Shown here piece after piece: positions 44,929 through 53,472 of a DNA stretch of 64,000 bases (position 1 is the stretch's first letter; each line of letters opens with the position of its first letter). The DNA is from Deltaproteobacteria bacterium (lineage in GTDB: Bacteria > Myxococcota > Myxococcia > Myxococcales > 40CM-4-68-19). Under the pieces are notes generated by a model. The model did not search any database. It worked only from the letters and a program-made list of their open reading frames with translations, and was not told where the DNA came from. The translations under genes and the position numbers were made by a program. The stretch lies in assembly GCA_005879535.1 (NCBI GenBank), contig VBKI01000058.1, forward strand, positions 14,000 through 77,999, read 5' to 3'.

Positions 44929-46302
44929 ATGCGCCGCACGTTCGTACTCTTCGCCCTCGCCTTTGCATCCCTTGCCGCCGCTACGGTGGCGGCGCTCGTC
45001 CGACCGGGTCGACCCGTCGAGCAGAAGCCCTCGCCGCCGCCTGCGTCGGTCGCTTCCGACGGAGCGCTGCGGATGCAGGCAGCGCTCGAGCGGCTCTATC
45101 TCCCCGAGAATCGAAGCACCACCGCATATCTCCAGGTCGATCTGTCCTCGGCCGCCGATCCCTCGGCCCGCCGGCGGATGCCCGTCAACGCCGTGTTGAT
45201 CCTCGATCGGTCCGGATCGATGCGGGGCGTCAAGATCGAGCGCGCCCGCGATGCCGCGCGATCGCTGGTACAGGCCCTCGGTCCCGAGGACCGCCTCGCC
45301 ATCGTGGAGTTCTCGAGCGACCCCACGGTGCTCGTCGCCTCGACTCCGGTCTCCGCCGAGGCGCGCGCCAGGGCCCTCGCGGCGATCGAGGGGGTCGAGG
45401 CCGTCGGCGGGACCAACATGTCAATGGCCTTCGACGCCGCGGCGCCCCAGCTCGCGCGGGGTCGCGCCCAGGGACGCGCCGACAAGGTATTCCTCGCTTC
45501 CGACGGACAGGCCAACGCAGGTATCGCCGATCGCGCCGGCCTGCTCGCGCTCGCGCGGCGCGACTTCGCCCCCGCGACGCTCTCCACCTTCGGCATCGGC
45601 GACGATTACGACGAGGATCTCATGTCCGCCCTGGCAGCGCAGGCCGGCGGGCGCGCCCGCTACATCGACTCGCCGCAGATGCTGGCCGGCGCCTTTCGCG
45701 ACGAGCTGAGCCGTGCGGCTTCCCTGGTGGCGCGCGGCGTGCGCGTGCGCATCGCCGGGCTGCATGGCGCGTCGCTCGAGCGCGTATTCGGGTACGAGCC
45801 GGAAGCTGACGGCTGGGTGCGCCTGCCCGACTTCGCCGCCGGCGAAGAGCGCCGGGTGCTGATCAAGCTCGCCATCCCGGCGGGCCGGGGCCTCGCGGAC
45901 ATCGCCGCCATCGAGCTGGCCTTCGAGGACGTCCGCGGTGTCCAGCGGGGGGCACGGACGATGGCGCAGGCGACGTTCACTTCCGACGCGTCGCTGCTGG
46001 CGCTGGCGCCGACCGCCGCCGCGGTCTCGGGCGCGCGCGCGGAAATGGCGGAGCTTGCCGGTCAGGCCGCCCGCTTGCAGGAAGACGGCCGGCGCGCGGA
46101 AGCGAGGGCGCGCATCGAGGCCATGAGCCGGATCGCGAAGGACACCGCGCAGACCGTGCCCGCAAGCGCGCCGGCATTCAGGCAGCTCTCCAGCGAGTAC
46201 CAGATCGGCGTCTCCAACATCGACGCGCCCGGCGACGCCGCCAGCAAGAGAATCAAGGAAAATCTCTTCGACGTCGTTCGCGCGCCGGTGGCGGGCTGGT
46301 GA
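44929..46302 (+). CDS. von Willebrand factor A (VWA) domain protein with N-terminal signal/anchor
   Basis: 457 aa from MRRTFVLFALAFASLAAATVAA (GGAGG RBS). MIDAS-like LILDRSGSMRG...GGTNM...SDGQAN. Confidence 0.8.
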   Translation: MRRTFVLFALAFASLAAATVAALVRPGRPVEQKPSPPPASVASDGALRMQAALERLYLPENRSTTAYLQVDLSSAADPSARRRMPVNAVLILDRSGSMRGVKIERARDAARSLVQALGPEDRLAIVEFSSDPTVLVASTPVSAEARARALAAIEGVEAVGGTNMSMAFDAAAPQLARGRAQGRADKVFLASDGQANAGIADRAGLLALARRDFAPATLSTFGIGDDYDEDLMSALAAQAGGRARYIDSPQMLAGAFRDELSRAASLVARGVRVRIAGLHGASLERVFGYEPEADGWVRLPDFAAGEERRVLIKLAIPAGRGLADIAAIELAFEDVRGVQRGARTMAQATFTSDASLLALAPTAAAVSGARAEMAELAGQAARLQEDGRRAEARARIEAMSRIAKDTAQTVPASAPAFRQLSSEYQIGVSNIDAPGDAASKRIKENLFDVVRAPVAGW

Positions 46303-47372
46303 GCGTCATGGATGTCCGCTTCGAGGATTCACGGCTGTTCGAGCGCGCCGCAGCTTCGTTCGCCATCGGCGGCGCCGCGGGCGGAGTTGCGGGATCGCTC
46401 GCGATGGCCGCGACAGGAAGCGCCTTGGCGATACTCCTGCTGCTGCGGCCGGAAAAGGCCTGCCTGGGCCGCTGGGCGGCGGCGGCGGGCTGCTGTGCGG
46501 CGGTGGCCATCTGCTGGCAGGTCGCTCCGCTCGCGGGGTCGCCGGCCGCTTGTGGCGCGATGCTCGGCCTCCTGCTCACGATTGTCCGCCGCGACGTTGC
46601 CGCGGAGCGCGGGGCGGCACCCCTTTCACCCTTCGCCGTCGCGCTTGCCGCGGGCCTCTCCGCTTGCGCCGTCGTGACGGGCGCCGCGACGCTGCCGCAT
46701 CTGTCGGCCGCCCTGGCGACGATCGGTCCCACCTGGGTCGCGGGAGCCCTGTGCGGTGGCGCGCTTGGCCTGTGGACGGCCCTCGCCGCCGCGCCTCTCC
46801 ACGTCCGCCTCGGCGGCGACGCCATCGAGGAACGATTCGCGGCGCTCCGGCTCTCGCTGGCCCCTGAGTTGCGGGCGCTCGCCGAGCGCGCCGTGATCGC
46901 GCGCCGGAATGCATCTCGCGCCGTTCCGGAGGGAGCGGGCGCGGAGGTCCGGGCTCCCATCGACTCGCTCACCGCCGCGGCGCTCGATCTGGCCGCGCGG
47001 GCTGCCGAGGTTTCGCGCGCGTCGGCCCCGGAGACAGAGGAACATCTGCGCCAGCGCATCTCCGATCTGGCGCAGCGGGCGGAATCTTCGGGCGATGGCC
47101 CGGCGAAGCAGAGCTACCTGCGCGCCGCCGACGCGCTCTCCTCGCAGCTCGAGCACCTCCAGCGCGTCCGCCGCGTGCGGGAGCGCGCGCTGGCGCGGCT
47201 GCACGAGGAGGTCGCCAATCTCGAGCGCGCCGGATTCGCGCTCACGCTCCTGGACGCCCCCGGGAGCGCGGCGGAGCTGCAACTGCTCCACGAGCGATTG
47301 CGGGACGGCGCGACGGTGCTGGAGGAAACCGGGGAGATCGCCGCTCCTGCGATTCGCGCGCGGCTGGAGTAG
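46299..47372 (+). CDS. Membrane protein with four to five TM segments and a C-terminal coiled-coil domain (unknown function)
   Basis: Start overlaps the VWA stop (GTGA; alternative ATG at 46308). Ala/Gly/Cys-rich TM region, then heptad-like LRQRISDLAQRAE...LEHLQRVRRVRERALARLHEEVANLERAG. Confidence 0.6.
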   Translation: MSVMDVRFEDSRLFERAAASFAIGGAAGGVAGSLAMAATGSALAILLLLRPEKACLGRWAAAAGCCAAVAICWQVAPLAGSPAACGAMLGLLLTIVRRDVAAERGAAPLSPFAVALAAGLSACAVVTGAATLPHLSAALATIGPTWVAGALCGGALGLWTALAAAPLHVRLGGDAIEERFAALRLSLAPELRALAERAVIARRNASRAVPEGAGAEVRAPIDSLTAAALDLAARAAEVSRASAPETEEHLRQRISDLAQRAESSGDGPAKQSYLRAADALSSQLEHLQRVRRVRERALARLHEEVANLERAGFALTLLDAPGSAAELQLLHERLRDGATVLEETGEIAAPAIRARLE

Positions 47373-47381
47373 GCTGCCCCG

Positions 47382-48149
47382 GTGGCCGACGCCTGGAGTC
47401 CGGTCCAGTACGAGCGTTTCCGCGCCGAGCGCACGCAGCCGTTCTGGGACCTCGCCGCGCTCGTCGAGGCCCGCCCGGGAATGCGCGTCGCGGATCTGGG
47501 TTGCGGCACGGGTGAGCTGACGGCGCAACTGCACCAGAAGCTTCAGGCGCGGGAGACCATCGGCATCGACTCCTCGGCGGCCATGCTGGCAAAGGCGCCG
47601 CAGCTGTCCGGCATCCGGTTCGAGCTGCGCGACATCGCCGGGTTCGAGGCGCAGCCCAAGGTCGATCTGATCTTCAGCAACGCCGCGCTGCACTGGGTAC
47701 CGGATCATCCCGGCCTTTTGCGGCGGCTCACCCTTGCGCTGGCCCCGGGCGGTCAGCTCGCCGTGCAGATGCCGATGACGGACGACCAGATCACGCACGT
47801 GACGGCGTACGAGATGGCCCGTGCTCCGGAGTTCCGGCGGCTGCTGGACGGATACGAGCGTCGCGCTCCCCTGATGGAGCCGGTTCGCTACGCGGGCTGG
47901 CTGCACCGGCTGGGCTACGTGCGGCAGCACGTCCGGGTGGCGGTCTACGTGCACCTGCTCGAGTCCCGCGACGAAGTCGTGGAGTGGGTCCGGGGGGCGC
48001 TGTTGACCGAATACCAGAAGCGGCTCGCGCCGGCGGACTGGGAACGCTTCCTCGCGCGCTACCGGCAGATGCTGATCCCGCAGCTCGAGGACGAGCGGCC
48101 GTACTTCTATACGAATCCGCGGATTCTCATCTGGGGAGCCCTTCCCTGA
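47382..48149 (+). CDS. tam: Trans-aconitate 2-methyltransferase-like SAM-dependent methyltransferase
   Basis: 255 aa. WSPVQYERFRAERTQPFWDL, ADLGCGTGELT (SAM motif I), DLIFSNAALHWVPDH and LAVQMP are co-linear with Tam as I recall it. Confidence 0.7.
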   Translation: MADAWSPVQYERFRAERTQPFWDLAALVEARPGMRVADLGCGTGELTAQLHQKLQARETIGIDSSAAMLAKAPQLSGIRFELRDIAGFEAQPKVDLIFSNAALHWVPDHPGLLRRLTLALAPGGQLAVQMPMTDDQITHVTAYEMARAPEFRRLLDGYERRAPLMEPVRYAGWLHRLGYVRQHVRVAVYVHLLESRDEVVEWVRGALLTEYQKRLAPADWERFLARYRQMLIPQLEDERPYFYTNPRILIWGALP

Positions 48150-48164
48150 CCTGTGCGTCTCAAG

Positions 48165-48197
48165 CTAAAAAATAAGCGGGCGCCGCGAAGCGCCCGC
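48165..48197 (-). terminator. Rho-independent terminator (minus strand), possibly bidirectional
   Basis: GCGGGCGC-cgcgaa-GCGCCCGC (48176-83 with 48190-97), followed on the minus strand by TTATTTTTT. Lies downstream of the Pom-like operon and immediately after tam. Confidence 0.7.
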
Positions 48198-48366
48198 CAG
48201 TGTTCCCGTCCGATGTGCGAGCTTAGATGCCGGACCGGTGCACGAACGAGGTGTCGGGAACCGGATCGCTGCGCGAATTAACACGGTCGCCAGCGGGGAG
48301 ACAAGCCCCTACACCCACACTGGAATCGGCGGTCGCGACGAAATCGAACCCATCGTCAGGAATTCG

Positions 48367-49218
48367 CTAACGAATTCCAGTCATGCGCGCGCGGGCTTCG
48401 GCGAGCGCCCGGTGGATCTCCTCGAGCGCATTGCGGCTTTGCGCAGCCGCTTCGGCATCGGCGTGCGCGGCGAACAATTCCTCGGCGAGGCGGTCGCGGT
48501 CGGCTCGCGCGCCGAGCAGCTCCTTCCGGGTCTCGTCGCGCTCCAGGACGCGGTCGCGCAGTTCCGCCGCGAGCCGCTGCAGTGCCTCGCGAACCTGCGC
48601 GGTCTCCGCGCGCGACTTCTGCGCCTCTTCGGCGGACGCGGCGGAGCGGGATTTCTCCTCGCGCAGCTCGCGGGTGAGGCGCGCGACCTGGGCAAGGGCG
48701 CCGTCGCGCTCCGCCTCGAGGAGATCGAGGTCGCCACGCAGCGCGCGAATCTCGGCGGCGCGCGATTCCAGATCGGCGACGAGACGAAGGCAATCGGCGC
48801 GCTGATCGCGGGATTCGTCGGCCGCCGTCCGCAGGGCGGTGAGGGCGGCATCGAGATCGGACTTCAGGCGCGCGTTGAATTCGGCCGCCTTGGCCAGGTC
48901 CGTGGTGAGCGCGTGAGCGAGCCCGGTGACCTCGGCGATGGTGGGCGCGATCGTCCGGCGCGCGGCGCGCTTCGCGGGTGCCGACTCGACCTTGACGGTC
49001 TGGACCGGCTGCGCGAGCGGTTCCGTGACCGCAGCGATTGGCGCGAGCGGGAGCTGGCCCGCCGGATCGGGAGCGATGCCGGATTCCGCAACTTCGGCCG
49101 CTGCCACCTGCTGGGCTTCCGCCATTTGCTCGGCTTCCGCCATCTGTTCATCGAAGGCGTGCCCGAGGCGGACCCTGGGGCGGACCTTGGGGACGTTCTC
49201 CTCGAAGCTGCGCTTCAT
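48367..49218 (-). CDS. Coiled-coil protein, PomX-like (Ala/Pro-rich N-terminus, long C-terminal coiled coil)
   Basis: 283 aa from MKRSFEENVP (ATGA overlap with the ParA-like gene). Residues ~100-283 are heptad-rich (LKSDLDAALTALR...LEAERDGALAQVARLTRELREEK...). Confidence 0.7.
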   Translation of the reverse strand: MKRSFEENVPKVRPRVRLGHAFDEQMAEAEQMAEAQQVAAAEVAESGIAPDPAGQLPLAPIAAVTEPLAQPVQTVKVESAPAKRAARRTIAPTIAEVTGLAHALTTDLAKAAEFNARLKSDLDAALTALRTAADESRDQRADCLRLVADLESRAAEIRALRGDLDLLEAERDGALAQVARLTRELREEKSRSAASAEEAQKSRAETAQVREALQRLAAELRDRVLERDETRKELLGARADRDRLAEELFAAHADAEAAAQSRNALEEIHRALAEARARMTGIR

Positions 49219-50207
49219 GCGCTCTCCACCGCCTTGAGGCGCACCGGCGCGCCGACGCGCGCCTGCACCTCGTCGAGGACCGCCTGGATGTCCTGGGCGC
49301 CCTTGCTCTCCGCGTCGTAGGCGAAGATGGGAATGCCTTCGCTCGAGGCCTGCGCGAACTTGGTGCACTGCCGGATCACCTGCTTGAGCAGGAACTCCGG
49401 ATAGTGCTTCTCCAGCGCCTCCCGAGCTTCCTTGGCGATCTTGTACGTCGCGTTGTACGCGTTGATCACGATGAAGATGTGGTCGAGCACGTGCTGGAGG
49501 TCCTCTTCCAGCCCCTGCACCGTCTCGAAGAGGAGCTTGAGGCCGTGGAAGGAGAGGAAGTCGGGGAGCACGGGCACGAACAGGTCGTGCGCAGCCATCA
49601 GCGCGTTCAGGTTGAGCAGCCCGAACGACGGTGGGGCGTCGAGGACCGCGTAGTCGTACCTTCCTTCCACTTCCTTGAGGACGTTGCGCAGCCGGAACTC
49701 GCGCGCCGCCAGCGGCATCAGCGAGAGGTCGATGGTGCTCATCGTGAGATTCGAGGGCACGAGGTCGAGGCCTGGCATGCCGGTTTTCAGGATCACGGTC
49801 TCCACCGGCTCCTTCTTGATGATGGCGTCGAACAGCGTCCTGTCCGCCTCCTCGCCGCAGATCCCCAGGCACTTGCTGGCGTGGCCCTGCGAGTCGAGAT
49901 CGATCACCAGGACGCGGTGGCCCATCTCCGCCAGCCGGAACGCGTAGCTGGTGGAGACGGAAGTCTTGCCGGTGCCTCCCTTGAAATTGAGGAAGAGCTG
50001 GCGGCGCAAGGTCCTTCGCGGCGGGACGCGGTTGAGCGCCGCGCGAGCGGCGGCCAGATCCTGCATCGAGTAGGACACCTTCTGGGTGGGCCCGCCCGGT
50101 GGGACGGTGGAATGGACGGCGCCACGGTCCTCGGCCTCGGCCAGCTCGCGCACGGAGAGCCCCAATACTTCGGCCAGCCGGCGGCCCGAGTAGCGGATCT
50201 GCTCCAT
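49215..50207 (-). CDS. ParA/MinD-family ATPase with ~70-aa N-terminal extension, PomZ-like
   Basis: 330 aa. Deviant Walker A FKGGTGKTS, Walker A' VIDLDSQG and Walker B YAVLDAPPS. The N-terminal segment RRLAEVLGLSVRELAEAEDRG looks HTH-like. Confidence 0.85.
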   Translation of the reverse strand: MEQIRYSGRRLAEVLGLSVRELAEAEDRGAVHSTVPPGGPTQKVSYSMQDLAAARAALNRVPPRRTLRRQLFLNFKGGTGKTSVSTSYAFRLAEMGHRVLVIDLDSQGHASKCLGICGEEADRTLFDAIIKKEPVETVILKTGMPGLDLVPSNLTMSTIDLSLMPLAAREFRLRNVLKEVEGRYDYAVLDAPPSFGLLNLNALMAAHDLFVPVLPDFLSFHGLKLLFETVQGLEEDLQHVLDHIFIVINAYNATYKIAKEAREALEKHYPEFLLKQVIRQCTKFAQASSEGIPIFAYDAESKGAQDIQAVLDEVQARVGAPVRLKAVESA

Positions 50208-51502
50208 CAACGAGACCCTCCTTCCAGCACGAGCCGCCTCAGCGCCGCCCGCACCGGATCGCGCGGCTGCGCCGGCGTCCCCGCCTCCGGCGCGGGCGCC
50301 TGCTCCGGCGGAGGCGAAGGCGCTTCCGTCCGGGCTGCCGCGGCGGCTCCGCGGACGGTGGCATCTTCGTCCGCCGCGAGCCTGCCCGCCAGATCCTCGA
50401 CGCCCAGCGCGACCGCCAGCGCCGCGGCGCGGCGGCGCACGGCGGGCGTCGCGTCGCTTGCCGCGTTTTCGAGCGCTACCCGGGCTCGCGCCGGGATGGC
50501 CGCCAGCGCGTCCAGCGCGGCAAGTCGCACGAGGGCAGGCTCGGATGCAGCCTGCAGTTGCGCGACCATCTCGGCAGCGCCTTCTCCGCCGCAGGCGGCG
50601 AGCGCCTTCGCCAGGTGCGCACGCGTCTTCGCGTCCGTCTCCACCGCCAGCGCGGAGGCGATGGCCGGCGCGGCCGCGGCGATCGGGGCGGCGACGAGAT
50701 GACGCGCTGCCTGTTCGCGTCGTCCGGGATCGGGGCTGGCGAGGCTTCGCAGGCACTGATCGGCGAGCGCCTGCGCGGCGGCGGAGACGCTCGTCGGCTT
50801 TGGCGTGGCGAAATGCGTGGTGGGCGCCGGAAGAGGCGGCGGCAGAGGAGGAGGGGTGGCGAGCCGTCCCTCCGCCCACATCCGCCGCGCTTCCCGCACC
50901 GGCTCTGCCGTGCGCCTCGGCTCCGGCAGCGGTGAGGGTCGCGCGCCCTCCAATGCCGGCGGAGCGATGCCGGCCTCAGCGAGCAGCGCCTCGCACTTCT
51001 TCTGGTAGTCGCGCAGCGCGATCACTTCACCGCGCAGCTCACTGATGAACTGCGCCAGCGCCGGATCGTCGTCGCTCGAGCGCGCCTGCGCGATCATCTC
51101 TGCGACCCAGCGTTCCCGCTCGGCCCGCGATCGCGAAAGCTCCGCGCGCGCCTGCTCCAGCTCGGCCGCGAGCGTGACCGCGCGCCGCCGCTCGATCTCG
51201 ATCGCGCCCGCGTCGACGGCATGGTGTGCGGGGCGTGCGAGCAACGCGGAGAGACGGGCGCGTTCGGCCTCGAGCTCCGCGCTCTGCAGCCGCGCGGCTT
51301 TGGCGACGCCTCCCGCCGCGCGCGCTTCTTCTTCGGCCTCCGCGCGGCCCTTTTCGGCGTTGGCACAGCGGCTATGCGCCGCGGCGAGATCGCCCGCCAG
51401 CTCGGAGATCCGCCACTCGAAGAAGACGATCTTTTCCAACGCGGCGCGCAGCAAATCCGCTGCCGCCGGTTGGCCCGTTGCGTCGTGCTCACCGTCCGCC
51501 AA
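50207..51502 (-). CDS. Coiled-coil plus HEAT-repeat protein with Pro-rich linkers, PomY-like
   Basis: 431 aa, TTG start with GGAGG 4 nt upstream. N-terminal coiled coil (residues ~15-180), PPPLPPPLP linker, then ARM/HEAT-like repeats (DPGRREQAARHL, DAKTRAHLAKALAACG, EPALVRLAALDALAAI, TPAVRRRAAALAVALG, DATVRGAAAAA). Its stop overlaps the ParA-like ATG by 1 nt. Confidence 0.7.
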   Translation of the reverse strand: MADGEHDATGQPAAADLLRAALEKIVFFEWRISELAGDLAAAHSRCANAEKGRAEAEEEARAAGGVAKAARLQSAELEAERARLSALLARPAHHAVDAGAIEIERRRAVTLAAELEQARAELSRSRAERERWVAEMIAQARSSDDDPALAQFISELRGEVIALRDYQKKCEALLAEAGIAPPALEGARPSPLPEPRRTAEPVREARRMWAEGRLATPPPLPPPLPAPTTHFATPKPTSVSAAAQALADQCLRSLASPDPGRREQAARHLVAAPIAAAAPAIASALAVETDAKTRAHLAKALAACGGEGAAEMVAQLQAASEPALVRLAALDALAAIPARARVALENAASDATPAVRRRAAALAVALGVEDLAGRLAADEDATVRGAAAAARTEAPSPPPEQAPAPEAGTPAQPRDPVRAALRRLVLEGGSR

Positions 51503-51560
51503 GGCGCCTCCGGGATGGATCGCGAGTAGCGTATCTTGAGTGGATCGGTTGAGTCAAGCC

Positions 51561-51614
51561 GCCAGCCGCTGCCCGGCGAAAGGCGCGGCCAGCCGCTGCC
51601 GTGCCGAAGGCGCG
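51561..51614. repeat. Tandem 27-bp direct repeat (2 copies, 23/27 identical) upstream of the PomY-like gene
   Basis: GCCAGCCGCTGCCCGGCGAAAGGCGCG / GCCAGCCGCTGCCGTGCCGAAGGCGCG. Lies 59-112 bp upstream of the TTG start at 51502. Confidence 0.85.
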
Positions 51615-51917
51615 GCTCTGCGGCTGTAGCTTTTAGACAGTACCGTCTGGGAAAGAGTGAGGCGCGGGCTGCCCCCCAGCCGCCCGCGCCCCACAGACGT
51701 CAGCGCCACGCCCCCCGCGACGCCGACCCCCTCGAGCGCTTTCGCACCCCCGCGCGAAAGCGGGTTGGTCCCCTCGCCGCCGACATCCGGACGTGGAGCA
51801 AGCAGCATGCCTGCACGGAAGGCCCGCGCCGCCGTGCGTTCGCGGACAGGGGCAGAAAAAAGCGGTCCCGGATGGGAATTCGCGTTCTTCCGGCAGGGAA
51901 AATCCAGAGCAAGCTCG

Positions 51918-53030
51918 CTATGCTGCCTCACGGCCGGCGCTGCGCGCCAGCGCTGGAAGCTCGGCGAGAAGGCGCTCGCGGCGCTTCGACAGCGAGAGAG
52001 GCGGCGCCTCGTGCGGCGAGGCCGTTCCCAAGGGCGCTACGAACAGCGCTCCCATCCATTCCTGCGCGCCTGCCCTGCGCGCCCGCGCCGCGAGATCGAC
52101 GAGCAGCGCCGCGTCCAACGCCCGCGCGGCCAGATACAGCGCGAGCTGTCCTCGCAGCTCCAGCGAAAGCTCGAAGGCGCCTCCTGCCCAGGCGCATCCG
52201 AGGCCCATTTCCGAAGTGCGATCGGGTCCGCCCCAGAGCCGCGCGCCGCGCTCCTCCGCGCGGGTGGACAACGAGGCGCTGCCGGTGAGCTGGATGCCTT
52301 CCAGCGCGAGCACCTCGGCGAGGGTTTCGCGGAGCACGTCTTCCGGACCGACGATTCCGGCACCGGCGAGGGGCAGCGACCGCTCCTCGAAGAGGGCGGA
52401 GATCCCCGGCGCGCAGAGCGCGGCGTCACGACCTGCCGCGACGAAGGAGCAGCCTGCCTCCGCGGCGGCTGCGGCATAGACGACCCCCGGTGTCACCGAA
52501 TCAGCGCTCTCCTCCAGCGCGAGGCGCACCTCGGCGGCGGTGAAGGCAGGCTTCGCCGGCGGAACGCCCAAGCCGGGAACGGTGCAGATGACGACGCCGC
52601 GCGAGCAGCGATGATGCGCGAGGAAGCCGCGCAGATCTTCCGCGAGGGCATCGGCGAGATGACGCCGCGTGGGCGTTTCGCGGCCGCCGAGCATGCCCTG
52701 GATCTTCCGCAGCTCCGGGCGCAGCTCGTCGACCAGCGAACGGTTGACGAGCCCCGCGCGCAACGCGGCGCGGTACGCATCGTCCTCGCGGATCTCGAAC
52801 GCGCCGAGCACCAGGTCGCCAAGCTCGGCGAAGGGTGCCCGGTCGCGCAGCGGCACGAGGCCGCTGCCAGGAGACCGTCCGGTGCCGCCTGCCTCCACGA
52901 GGCTGCCGAACGGATGTACCAGGTGGGCACGCGCGGCGAGGATTCCGGTGAGAAGAGACGTTCCCACTCCGCCGAGGCCGACGACCACCAACCCGACCGG
53001 ACCCGCCGTTTCCATTGCCGCCTCCACCAA
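51918..53030 (-). CDS. Divergent myo-inositol-1-phosphate synthase-like (NAD-binding) protein
   Basis: 370 aa. The N-terminal VGLVVVGLGGVGTSLLTGI resembles the Rossmann start of bacterial/archaeal MIPS. The overall length and the middle AEAGCSFVAAG...PLAGAGIVG segment are co-linear with MIPS as I recall it, but the sequence is very Ala/Gly/Arg-rich. Confidence 0.5.
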   Translation of the reverse strand: MVEAAMETAGPVGLVVVGLGGVGTSLLTGILAARAHLVHPFGSLVEAGGTGRSPGSGLVPLRDRAPFAELGDLVLGAFEIREDDAYRAALRAGLVNRSLVDELRPELRKIQGMLGGRETPTRRHLADALAEDLRGFLAHHRCSRGVVICTVPGLGVPPAKPAFTAAEVRLALEESADSVTPGVVYAAAAAEAGCSFVAAGRDAALCAPGISALFEERSLPLAGAGIVGPEDVLRETLAEVLALEGIQLTGSASLSTRAEERGARLWGGPDRTSEMGLGCAWAGGAFELSLELRGQLALYLAARALDAALLVDLAARARRAGAQEWMGALFVAPLGTASPHEAPPLSLSKRRERLLAELPALARSAGREAA

Positions 53031-53142
53031 TCGGGCAGGCGCTTTCTGCGCCTCCCGGCGGGGTGTGCAGCGTCCGTGCCATTGTCAACGCGCGGCAGAC
53101 CGGGTAGAACCCCGCACCCTTTCGTTCAGGAGCATTCGCCAG

Positions 53143-53472
53143 ATGGCAGAGACGAAGACCGACCGCCGCAAGAGCAAGGCCCCGGAGGCGAAGGCCAAGG
53201 CCCCGCAGGCGAAGGGCAAGGAAGGCCTGAAGTGCGGCATCGAGGGATGCAAGCGCGCGTACCAGGCGAAGGGCTACTGTTTCTTCCACTACGACAAGTG
53301 GAAGAACGGCGAGCTTCCAAAGGCGCGCTACAAGACGTGCAGCAAGGAGGGTTGCCACAAGAAAGTGGTCGCCCATGGGCTCTGCGCGGAGCACCAGAAG
53401 AACAAGACCGGCGAGGCCGCCGCCGCCGCTGCGCCTGTGGCACCGCCGGCTCCGCCCGCGGCGCCGGCCTAG
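53143..53472 (+). CDS. Small Lys-rich protein with two Cys/His (zinc-ribbon-like) repeats and an Ala/Pro tail
   Basis: 109 aa. CGIEGCKRAYQAKGYCFFHYDKW and CSKEGCHKKVVAHGLCAEHQK are repeats of the form C-x4-C-x9-C-x2-H. AGGAG lies 10 nt upstream. Lower GC than its surroundings because of its Lys content. Confidence 0.65.
   Translation: MAETKTDRRKSKAPEAKAKAPQAKGKEGLKCGIEGCKRAYQAKGYCFFHYDKWKNGELPKARYKTCSKEGCHKKVVAHGLCAEHQKNKTGEAAAAAAPVAPPAPPAAPA

Noticed and set aside
48198-48366. Possible small RNA or tRNA/tmRNA-like element in the 3' region of the Pom-like operon (GGGTTCGATTTCG on the minus strand at 48341-48351 resembles a T-loop)
   Set aside because: I could not build an acceptor stem, anticodon arm or CCA-proximal pairing around it. 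It is most simply a 3' UTR ending at the terminator at 48165-48197.
48359-48378. Hairpin GGAATTCG-ctaa-CGAATTCC (two EcoRI sites) with the stop codon of the PomX-like gene in its loop
   Set aside because: Short, isolated and AT-rich, with a much stronger canonical terminator 170 bp downstream. There is no evidence for a specific function beyond local structure.
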